NCBI GenBank assembly: GCA_036172245.1
Contig: JAYWIR010000005.1
Span: forward strand, 2,852,001 to 2,916,000
Source of the DNA: Raillietiella orientalis
Taxonomy: Eukaryota
Direction: 5' to 3'
Length of the DNA: 64,000 nt
Made by a program: the position numbers and the translations under genes. The notes below the pieces were generated by a model. The model saw only the letters and a list, made by a program, of their open reading frames with translations, was not told the DNA's origin and made no database searches. Positions 49,601-61,600 of this stretch are shown here, piece after piece (positions within the stretch are counted from its first letter, which is position 1; every line of letters begins with the position of its first letter).

Positions 49601-52600
49601 CAGCTGCTCTTCCGGGCACAGAGGGGAGCCCTTGCGTGCGCTAACGGCGTCGCTGGCGCGAACGGCTTCCGTACCTCTCTGAAGGACGTGTAGAACCTCT
49701 GGTTCCTCTTGAGGCGAACCTCCTTTTGCCATTCTGGTTCCTCTTTGTAGCTCTTGCTGGCGGTGTACAGGGTTTCCACGTGCTGGAGGGAGGAAACGTC
49801 TTCGCCGACAGGTTCCGCGATGTCTCCGTCGGACGGCGTCCTCAGCTCCTGCATCTCTTTCTGGTAACCTTTTAGCTCGGAATCGTACCAAGCTGGAATG
49901 GCAGGACAGCGGAAGAGTTTTTTTTTCTCTCTCTCTCTCTCTCTCTTCCTTTCTGTTTTTCCCCGACGGCTCTCGAGCGGCAGCCCGGAGCCGGCTGCTC
50001 TATGAGAACCCAGAAGGATTCTCTGGATGTTTCCTAGATCGGCACACATGTGGGGGGAAGCGGCCGAAAATCGATTTCGCGGAGGGGGAGAAACGTGGAG
50101 TCGAGAAATGCGGAAAGGGGCTAGGGGGGATTGTCATCGGCACTGCGTTCCTCTTCGAAGGAAACTCATCGCATGTCTTTTCGACATCTCCCTCTCGTTT
50201 TTTTTTCCTTTTCTTTTCTTTTTGCGAACGACCAGCGCGAGATCCAAGCGACGGCCAACAAAGAAGTCGACAACTTACGTTTCCGCGTCTCCCGGAGTAC
50301 CTTTCTGTAGTCTTCAACGCGAGGTTTGACCACCAGGTCGACCGTGACCATCGCCTCTCCCTCAGAGTTCCTGGCCAACACCTGCACCGTGCCGGCGTCG
50401 TACTGTCTGGTCTTGGGTATGTCCAGATGCCACATCCCGTCGAACGTGACCTTGTACCTCGACCCCTGAAACCATAGCAGCGCTCGCGTCTGCGCTCCTT
50501 GCAGGAAAAGGCGGAAGGAGACGGGAAGTCGGTCGTCCCCGTGCTCCTCTCCCACTACCCGTAACTGCACGTACGTTGACCAGCGTGTTCCCGTTGAGAA
50601 GCCACAGGACCCGCGGTCTCGGATTGCCGGTCACGCGGCAGACGAATCTACTCCAGTCCCCTTCAAGGACGCTGCACGAGTTCGGCTTCAGGACGAATAC
50701 GGGAGGCTCCTTCCGACGGATCTCTTCCAGCCCTTCCTCGGGAAGCCTGGCCGGAAAGTTCTTAGGCAGCCCTAGGGAAGTGGGAGGGATACCTCTGCCA
50801 CGACGACTCGATCTCCCGTATCTTCTGCAGGCTCTGCATCCCGGAAGGAACCTGGGAGTCGTAGTCCACTTTGCCGGAGCCGGTGACCTTAAGGGTGGCC
50901 TCCGTGGAGTCCTCCCCGAAGGCGTTTCTGGCCCTGCAAGTGTACACGCCACTGTCCTCCGGGTACACCTTCGCGAAGTTGAGCGCCACATAGCCACAGT
51001 CGTGCACCGGGGTCAGCCTGTTTTCTGGAGGAGGGAAAGGGAGCGTGCGAGCGTGAGAGGCGCGCACTCTCCGCACGCAAGAAGGACACTCACTGATGAT
51101 GAGGGGTTTGTGGTTGAAGAACCACTCGATCTTCATGGTGGGGTCGCCCGCGGGAGCCAGCTGGCACTCGAACTTCACCGAGTCCATCTCTTTGACGTTG
51201 TCCTGGTTCTCAATGCTCGAGACGAACCTGCGTCAAGGAGGAAGAAGAGCAAAAATGAAAACCTGAAGCATGGAGGTCTCTTGTGCGGCAGGTGCCGCGT
51301 CCACACGGGATTGCCGTCTAGGAAAGGGCGCGCATAGTCCGAAAGGTTGGTTCGGGTACCTCCGGAACGGCGTCCATGGATCTGCCGTGCCGGAGAGACG
51401 CTCCAGGTAGTTCGATCCCGCTGCTGACCAGCGGGAGAGTCACTGACGTGGACGCGAAGGGGATGGTGGGGGGAAAATAGCCTTTCGCGTGCCTCAGGAG
51501 CGGAAAGTCTGCGCGGAGCCTCCTCGGAGGTCGTTGGCATCCTCTGCCTTGGTTGCATGGGGAGAAAACCGCCCTCTGAGTCTCGGAACGGAATTTCAAA
51601 CGCCGGGGCATCGCGGAGCGGTTAGGTACCATGCATCCTCCTCTCCTTCCTTCCGCCGCCTCCTCCTGGGACTCGAGAGAAACCGAGGAGAACAGCGGGA
51701 ACAGCGGGAACCTTTCTCTGGAGGGGGAACCGCAGGGGGTTCCAGAAGAAGGGCGACGCCAAGAGAGACAGAAGCACGAAGCGAGTCGGGAGAAGAAATG
51801 CTCCCAGAAGAAATGCCAGGGAACAGAGCCCCCACCTCCGATAACAGACGGCCTCGTTTCCGTCGCACGAGACACATCCCTGCTGGGCGGGAGAACCCGC
51901 AGTCAAGTCGAGCCAACTAGATCCCACCCGCCCCGATCTTTCCCGGAGCTGCGAAATCCCCGGACAGAGCGCTCCAGATTTAGATAAATATTTATTTGAG
52001 CCTGACGGGATCTGGGAAATCCATAAACAGCGTCGCCACCTACTCTCCGCTCCCAATGCCTGCGCAAATATTTTCAGCCGAGCCGTTCCCGCGCTCTCCC
52101 CGACGTGCTCCCTGTTTATCCAGCTTGCGGATAGGCGCAACGCAGGAACCAGACGAACGAGCGAGGATATGGCCGCGACGCGGGATTCTTCCCGCGTTGC
52201 CGCCCAGCAGGAAGGAGAATACCGCAGTCGGGAACAGCGACACCGTCCCTAGCGCCGTCCATGCGGAGAAGGCGTTCGCTCAGGCAAGAAGCTGCGCCTG
52301 GGAAAAGGATCCGGCGAAAGCGCCCTGGACAGAGAGGAGAGGAGCTTATGCGCGATGCCGTCCCTCCCGAACGTCTGCAAGACGAGGATGGAAGACCGCA
52401 ACTTCCTTGGAGGAGTGTTTGGCCGAACGGGGGGGGAGAGGTCGCCTAAAGGCCGTGAAGGGCTACTGTCGTTGCAGCTCTTCCCCCCCCCCGTTCTCAG
52501 CGCGACGGGAATGCGTGTTCTTTCCGGGTGTCAGAGGAGCGACCATTTCCGCCGGACAGTTTCGAAGGGACCGGGAAGTCCTTGCGTCCAGCTCTGGTCT

Positions 52601-55600
52601 CACCTGGGCGGTTGCTGCTTCTCCTCGTCGTAGAAGTCATTATCCGTGAGGTGCACGTGCGAGGTGTATTTCTTGATCGCCACCTCCATCTGGATGAACG
52701 CTTCCGACCTCTTCATCCCTTTCGGTATCTGGCTCTCCAGAGAGACACTGGGGAACGCTGCGCGCGCGAGGATACGAATGTCATCCGAGAGGAGAGGCGC
52801 TGCCGCTCACCTCGGCAGATCACGTTGGCCCGGGTGACGTCTTCTCCGTGCTGGTTGCGGGCCACGCATGCATACTCCCCCGAATCCGTCGCGTAGGTGT
52901 AAAGTATGTCGAGGGAGGCATAGCCGAAGTCGTACACGGTCCGGAACCGGTGACCGGCTTTCAAAGGCTTGCCGTTGTGGAACCAGCTGACCACCATGCT
53001 GGGGTCCGCTTTCGGCTCGATCCTGCACTCGAAGTGCAGCCGTTCGCCCTCCGGTATCTCCACCGTCTTCAGCTGCAATAGAGGAGGTGAAGCAGTGTTT
53101 CCAGTAGGCACCACGGAAGCGGCATCAACAAGGACCGCGGGGGTCCGAGACTCACCTGATCGATGAACTTTGGGGAGGTGTAGATTTCTTTCGGCTCCTC
53201 AGGATGACTTTCAAGGATTGGTTCCTCTAGCTTCCGCAGCTTGGAGACGTTGATCCCGGAAGGGAGTTGGCACTCGGTGATGACATCTCTTTTACCTGCC
53301 CAGAAGTAAATTTCAGAATCACGACGGGAGCGAAAACCAGGTTTCACGAGGTCAGAGCGAACAATAAGCGTCTCCCTAGAAGATGCTGACCACCACCAGC
53401 TGGACTGTCCCTCATTTTATAGACAGGAAGATTATGCGAGAAACCAAACAGGAAAGATGGGAACGCAAGCTGAGTAGCATCCCCCCCCATCCCCCGCTGA
53501 GATCCCCCAGACATCAGGGCACCTCCACCAACCCAAACCCAAGACGACAAGCCCCATCAAAACCAAGTCTACCTATGCAGATACGTAGATGAGTTTCAGA
53601 GCAATCGTAACATTCGAGCAGTATGCTGAGGTTATCTGGAAGTAGACATTAATTTTCTCTGCGCCTTCGACTGCTTCAGATGCAAATAGTCGCGCATCCA
53701 CAACTCGCTCTGCACCCGCAACAACGAATGAACTATGCTGCGTGGCAACGGCGAGCTGCTGTTTCCCCCAGCTCGTCTCTCAGGGGAAACAGAAAAGAGA
53801 ATGCAGAGTCGCGGACGTCCCGGTGCTCTGCGACTGCCCAGGGACGCGCAGAACGACAGATCGGCTTTTGCGATGAGAGGTCAGGAAAGACGTGAGATGC
53901 AGCGAAGATTCGCTCATCTACGGAACTCTCTCCCCTTCCTCAGCAGCCGACTCCCTTCTGCCCACGCAAACCCCGAGAGGATCGTTTGATAGGCCAAAAA
54001 ATACGAAGCTCTTGCGCAGCCGAGCATCCGAGAGAAGTCCCATCTGCTCATGCATGACTCCCCACCCCTGTAGCATTTGGTCGCGACCCTTCCTTCGGCT
54101 GACCATCGATGGCGCGAGATTTCAGTTTTACATCCGCAGAGTCGCCACGAACCTTTGCACGTCAAGTTGGCCTTAGATATGGCTGATCCCCACTTGTTCG
54201 TCGCCTGGCACACATACTCTCCAGAATCCCTGGGAAAGGTCCAGTCGAGGTCCAGGGAAACAAAGCCGAAGTCGTCGCATGCGTGGATGCGAGACCCAGT
54301 GTTGATCGGACGTCCGTTGTGGTACCAGTCGATCCTCATGGTGGGATCTCCAACCGGTTCTACCTTGCACTCAAAGTGCGCAGGCGCTCCTTCTTTCATG
54401 TCGATGAGGTCATCGATGTGAGTGATGAACCTGGGAGGGAACGGCTGTTCTTCCTCCACGCTCATGTGGTCCTCATGGGGCTGGAAGGATTCCTCTAGCT
54501 TTTGAAGACTCTCCGTTCCCGTTTTGAAACTTTCTGGCAGCTGCGGTTCCGAAATGATTCCCGTTCGACTTTTGATTTCCAGGGAGCACGAGACGGACGC
54601 TTCCCCGTGGCAGTTGGTGGCCTGAGGTTTCATTTTGATCCGGTCCCCCACATTCCTGATCAAGATACCTTGCAGACGTATAATCCAGAATCCCTAGCGT
54701 AGAGCCCGGCGATCTCCAGTATGACGAATCCAAAATCATTGATTGTCCTGATCCTTGATCCCATGGAAAGAGGTTTCCCATTGTGAAACCACTCGACCTG
54801 GTTACGATAGACAGTGAAAAAGAGAGATGAGTCAGAGGAGAAGCTGGAGACGTACTTTCAGCGTGGGGTCTCCCACAGGCTGAAGACGGCATTCGAAGTG
54901 GGCCAGGCTGTTCTCCGGGAGCGACAGGTCACTCGGTTTGGTCAGGAACTCCGGTGGCTTGCCTTCGTCCGCTTCGACCTGGGGTTGCGGTCTCCTGCCG
55001 AGCTTCTCGATCTCAGCGATCTTGGCCAGGGTCTCTTCTCGTTGCTTAGGCAGCTGGGAGTCCAAGACGATGCCTCGCTTTCCTGGAAGTTACCGTGTTC
55101 TCAGGAACGAGTTTGACCTGGCCGGCGCGATCGCGAACGACGCATGTCCCTGATCTTAAAAATCTCAAAGTGCGAATTCATCTCGTTGTACCTCATCTTC
55201 GAGGTCAAGGGTTCTCGACTTGTTGCACGCGAGTTCCTCTATCAATATCAGACGCGTGTGGGTATGAGGATTCATGTTTCGGATGTGCGAGAAGAATAGA
55301 AGCGCGGACCGATGTTCCAAAAATGGATACGCTGCTCAAAAAGATCCACGTAAACGTCAAACGATTTAACGAAGCACAAGTGTGACGTGCACTTACGTTT
55401 CAAGTAGTCTGTGTACAAGGAAACGTATGGCGGATGCTACTGCAAGTGCAGAGAAGCGTAGACACGTGTTTAGGAGTGCGTAATGGATGTGTTCTTTTTT
55501 TTTTCCTTCCTTACACGTGTTAATAAAGTGATGACCTCACATGCAATAACGTTTTTATGCGGAATTTTTTTTAGACGGCAAGCAGAGCGAGCGAAGGTGA

Positions 55601-58600
55601 ACTGTAGTCGGCTAGGCGTTTCATGAAGTCGTTTCCCAGACCACTTTGTGGAGAAACAAACCACAATCCCGAAGAGCGAATGCTCTTCGGCTGCAAGGTT
55701 GGCTCGGAAAGAGCACTTGCAAACTTTACACAGCACGAAAGGATATTTCTGTCTTTGAGAATAACAGTTGGGTGGCGACTATTCAAACAACTACGAATAG
55801 CAAACGGGGATCCAGAACAGTTTCCAGAAGAAGGATTCTAAACAGCATAAGTCTTTTACTGAAACAGGATTCCTTCCGAGGTAAACAGTAAGTGCTTCTT
55901 AAGGAAGTGATGATGTCCATGAGGAAAATTACATTCATTTACGAACCAGTGAATGAGTGGATTTGTAACCAAAGCAAAAGCAGAAAATGGAAACAAGCCT
56001 CTGAGGCAGTGGATTTACAACATTGTGAATCAAAAAAAAAAAAAAAAAAAGCTAAAATAAAATACAGATATGGATCCCAAATTCTGCATAGGGATGGAAT
56101 GTTCATAAGTAATCTCAGTGTTTTCGTCTCAGTGGCTACTTTAGAATGTTCTGCAATTAGGTGTACACAGTTTCCATTGCTTATCTTAGAGCGGTATCTG
56201 CAGGTATTTTTGTGATGCACGTTCGTTCTTATCCCCTGAGGGTAAAGCTGTTCTTTGATTATCGGATCCTGAATCCGTGTTCTGGAGTACTAATGAAGTG
56301 ATCTTCCACACCATTTACGCAAGAGACGCGGTCAGCGTTTTATTTTGCCATCCTGTGAAGATTCCAGCGTAACTGAATGGCAGGAACCGCCCCCTGATGG
56401 TGCTTTCTCTAAAGGGAGATGGGAAAACGCAGTTGTGGAACTTTTGTAAATGAGTTGCGATAGAAAGTTCGCAGGCATTTTGCTGCTGGTTCATGAGTTT
56501 CACAGGGAGGAATGAATTTTCAATTGACAGTTATTACCTTCACATTTTAAGAAACAGGAAGTCACAGCTTCCCCGGCATCATTGATGGCGCGGCAAGAAT
56601 ATTCTCCCGAATCTTCGGGATAGACAGAACCTATTTCCAGAATAACAAAGCCAAAGTCACAGAAACTTCGAATCTTGGCTTTCATTTTCAAGGGTTTCCC
56701 GTTGTGGAACCACTCGATCTTGAGGAAAAAAAGATTTAGGGATCAGTTCATTTTTTTTTTTTTTTTTTACTTTTAATTTCGGGTCATCTACTGGGATCAC
56801 TCTCGCTTCCAGATGTGCGTTTTCTCCCTCCTTCAGTCTCTCCACATTTTGCAGAGGGGTCACAAATACAGGCGGCTGCTTGCACACTTTATCGTCCAAA
56901 TCTACCGTCTTGTACGCAGAGAGGGGAGTCTCCAGTTCTTGCAGTTTCTCAAGACTTTCTTCCATTCCCTGCGGATTGAGAACTAAGATTTAGTCGGAGA
57001 AAAAAGATTTTCGTCCCAGATGCCCCTTCACGATACGTGTCCCCCAGTTTGTTCGCATGCACGCTGAACAACTGCGCATATTCTGGCATTGGTGGAGGTG
57101 GATTTGTGGAGGGTAGATTCATTCATATCATGTTAGCATGCCCGGTGGTTTTATTAGATGGCAGGAAGAGGAGCCACCTTCCCAGTGCGGCAGCCTTGTA
57201 GAGAGCAGTAGAAACCCCTCCGGACAAGGCGAATGAAGATTAGAATAAGATCCACATCATTGGAATTTGGTAAGGCTATCGTCACGAATCTGTCGGGAAT
57301 CTGTGCTCTCTTTCTTGAAGAGAATGAGCCGATTCGTGGATCCAGAATGCCTGCACACCTTTCTCGATTCCAATCCAACTCCCGTTTCAGAATTCAGGAA
57401 CAACCCAAGTTTTCCTCCCCCCCAAAAAAAATCAGAGGAAAAGGGAATTTTAATTCAAAGCTTATGGGAGTCTTAGGGGAGCTCAAGGACGGTTATGAGG
57501 AGATGTGGACTTTTAGAGACAGAATGTCGAAATTGTTTTGCAAACCCCGCTACTTCCGGATGGTCCACAAAGAGCATAAATCCCTGGCACAGATCCCGAC
57601 GATTTCCCCGCACCACCCACTACTTTCCCAAAAAGAAGTGATCAATCCGCATCTTCCACTGAAACATGGGAAACACGAGTGCTTTTCTGCCCCTGGCGAT
57701 TCAAGGAAAAGTAAAAGTTGCCAGAGAGGCATTTTAGGGCACTGGGAATCTCCTGGCGCTCAACCGTTCGCGAGGTTCCTCAACGTAAATCTGGTCGTAA
57801 ATTCGGTCTCGTGGACGAGAAAGAAACTTTCCAAATCCGCAGAACAGCCAGAAGAACTCAGCTTTACGTGAAAACAACGATTACCAGGGTGCAGGAAACA
57901 TGGGGCGCCCATGCGTAGATGGCAGCACCACCTAGGAGTCGCTGGGGGAATTTCAAAGCGACGACGCGAATCGACTGTGAGCTTTTAGAGCGTTGTAAGA
58001 GCAGCTGCAGGGAATAACAGGCGAGGCTGATTAAAAAAAGGCTCTTTTCAGTGAGAAGCAGGAAGCAGAAGAGGTGGACCATTCGTGGATTTGATCCGCA
58101 TGTCGCTTGGTGCTTTCGGTGGAAGGAGGAAACGGGCGAATCAGCGAGGGAGATAAGGAAACGATCAGACGATCGGTTTTTCTGGAGCAATTCCCCCGAA
58201 ATACGGGCAGTCGAAGACCTGAACTTCTTCGAAATGGAATTTTCAGAGTGCAAGGAAGGGGAGGACGGCACTGGGAAAGTCGTCGAAGTTAGGAAAGCAG
58301 TTTGCAGATGCCATGCGAGCGGGTGGCGGGTCCAGACGCAGTGACAGGCGAGCGAGGAACCAGGCAGAAATTCAGCCACTTCTTGCTGCTTCAGGGGACG
58401 TCCCCGAAATGGGGCACCCGTCTTCTCCTACCTTGGGCACTTGCGGGGAAACGATGAGGTTGCTCCTCGATGAGCACTTCAAGGTGGCCTTCGTGACATC
58501 GGATCCCGCTTTGTTCTGTGCCCTGCACTCGTAGATGCCGGAATCTTCCTCATAACAGTACAGAATATCCAGAATAACCAGTCCGAAGTCATGGTAAGTC

Positions 58601-61600
58601 CTGAAGCGGTGACCGGCTGGCAGCTTTTTGTTGTTACAGTACCACTCGACCTAGAAGTGCAGTCGGGGTCACCACTTCGGATGCAGGAGAGTTCGCGACG
58701 GTAGTCGCGCATGCATGCAGAAGCAGACGGGCTCAGCCTGTCGGGAGCGGGGCTGTCACCTGGAGGTCTGGATCGTTCACCGGGATCAGCTTCGCTTCGA
58801 AATGGGCGCTTTGCCCTTCCACCAGCGACAGGCACGAGCTGATGTTGGTGAGGAACCTGGGTGGGTCCATTCCGGTGTCAGGTGACCTCGGAGCTTCCGG
58901 ATAGACGAGACGCTCCTCCAAGTTTCTGATCGTAGCCAGGGACTCGGGCTGCAGACTCTCTACGTAGACTCCCTCTTTTCCGATGCACTGCAGCTCAGCG
59001 CTCGTGCTGTCATCCCCGAACCTGAGGAAGGAAGAAGGAAAAGGTCACGGAGGGCGCTCGAGAAGAAATCCCTCCGCTCTCCGACGCACCTGTTTGTCGC
59101 TCGGCAGACGTATATCCCGGAATCCGAGCTTTCCACGTACGAGATGTCCAGGATGACGTACCCGAAGTCGTTGACCGTGTTGATGCGCGAAGAGCAGCGC
59201 AGAGGTTTCCCGTTCAGGAACCACTCGACCTTCATGTCGGGATCCCCCACAGGAACCAAAGTGCACTCAAAGTGCGCGGCGTCCCCGTCCGTCATACCTT
59301 TGACGTCCTGCCACGAGGAAGTTAAGAGGGAGGTACCCACGGTGGGGAGAGGACGAACCTGCATGTGGGTCACGAACCTCGGCTTCTGCCCGTAGACCAT
59401 CTCGCTGCACTGCAGTGTAGCGCTGATCTCAGCGGACCCCCACTTGTTCGTCGCCCTGCACGTGTAAAGACCGGAGTCGGCGAGGGAGGTGCCCAGGATT
59501 TCCAGCACCACCATCCCGAACGCGTGGATAGTACGGATCCTGTGACCTGAAGGGGAAAAGGCAGGAAGATGAAAAATCCTCACAGGCTTCACGGGGTCTC
59601 CTTACCAGCTTTCAAAGGCTGTCCGTCAAAGAACCACTCCACCTTCATGGTTTGGTCTCCTATCGGCGTCAGAGACGCTTCAAAGTGCGCCATGTCTCCT
59701 TCGGAGATGCCGCTGACGTCCTGAAACTGAAATCGATCCAAGTAGGTGGCGAAGTGGACGCAAGTGCGTTTCTCACTTGGGTTAAGAAAGACGGCGGCTT
59801 CCCTGCTTCCTCTGGGACGAAGCACGTCTCCACGTGTCGGAGCAGTGACTCCTCCAGCTGCTGAATTTTTTCCATCCCCAGTTCTCCGTGAGGATGCTGG
59901 GTGAATTCGATCAGGTTCTCCTTATCTGGAAAACCACCACGGAAATGCAGTGAGACTGCTTCGGAGGGAGGAACGTGACCCCAGGTTCGTGCCGCAGCTG
60001 TCCCGGGCGAACTGAAGATCAAAGCGCTCTTACCAGTGCAAATGACTGCGGTCGAAGTGAAGGCTTCTCCCTTCTTATTTCGTGCGCGGCACATATAAAT
60101 CCCGGAGTCCCTTTGATACGTCTGCAAAATGTCCAGAGTTGCCACTCCGAAGTCCGTGTGGATTTTGAAGCGGCTCCCTTTGAGGAGAATCCATTAGCAA
60201 AGAGAGAAAGACGACCTTCGGTCGTGTGGTCAGGTGGGAATTCGATTCCAGAATTCGGGAGCATCCCCGAGAAAAGGACTCGTGCGTACCGAGGTTCAGC
60301 GCTTTGCCGTTCACGAACCATTCCACCTGCAAGTCGGGGTCGTCCTTAGGTTCCACCTTGCACTCCAAGTGCAGAGGCATTCCCTCCGCCAGCGTGAACT
60401 TATGCTCCAGCGGGATGACAAAAATCGGTCTGGGGAACGACACTTCGGCTTCCAGGTAAGTGTGCTGCCCTTTGGAGAAGTACATCGACTCGACCTGGTG
60501 CACCTTCTCCAGTCCTTCCACTCCGGTGGGGTGATATGTTTTGAGGTCAATCTCGTCTCTGCCTGAAGCATCCGGAAATCATGTTAGCACCGCCAAAAGA
60601 GCTGCACGCGTGCGAAAATGCTCCCCCCCTCCTCCCTCCATTCGCCCTCTGGCATCCACTGATGGAACAGGATTCTAGCAGAGGAAGCGCTTGCAACTCC
60701 GCCTCGTTCTGTGTTCTTAGTCCACCTCAGAGGTGCACAGTTTCCAGCCACACCCAGGGGAGGCGCGCAATTGGCACGGTTCGCGATGTCGCACGTGCTC
60801 ACCTGCGCGCCGCCCCACTGCAGGTAGCGCCACGTACCTATCACTTTGAGTATCCCCGTCGTGATCGCTTCTCCGCGCTTATTGGACGCTTTGCAGACGT
60901 AGGCTCCCGAATCTTCCGGGTAGCTGTGGTGGATGTCCAAATAGATATATCCGAAGTCGTAATTGGTATTGAAGCGGGAAGCAGTGGGCAGAGGTTTCCC
61001 GTTTGCAAGGAATTCTAAGCACAAAAGCAAAGTTAGCGGACGCTAACGTTTCCAAGACGAAACAATTTGGAGGCCCCATGCCGCGCTCGCTAGCTATTTC
61101 TCTAGCGACCGCTTGTCCGAAGACTTACCGATTCTAAGGTCGGGGTCTCTTGCAGGCTCCACCTGGCACTCGAAGTGAGCGACATCATTCTCCCGCACTT
61201 CCACGTTTTCCAGATTGCGCACGAAGCGGGGTGCGTCATACGCAGGTTCCAGGACGCTCACTGGGGGTCTGATCTTGGAAGCCTCCAGCTTCTCGATCAA
61301 AGGAACCGCTTCCGGCCGCAGAGCGCCGCTGTACAACCAGCCGTGTTCTTGCACTTTCACGTTGCAAGTGGTTGTCGCCTCCCCGAAGGGGTTCTTGGCT
61401 TTGCAAGTGTAGATGCCGGAGTCGTCGGCCCGGGCGTCGTCGATGTCCAAGCAGATGAATCCAAAGTCGAACATCTGCTTCATGCGGGAACCTGGGGGCG
61501 TTCGAGGTCATGAGCAGCGTTTCCAAGACAACTGCCTCCGCGCAGAGCAGCGACCCTTGCTCCGTGAAACCTCGCTGCGGCAGCACTACGATGGCAGGGA

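Noticed and set aside
55200..56050. CACGTG/ACGT cluster and a 19-nt poly(A) run as an enhancer or retroposon tail
   Set aside because: Short motifs and homopolymers are common in these introns; I saw no target-site duplication or element body.
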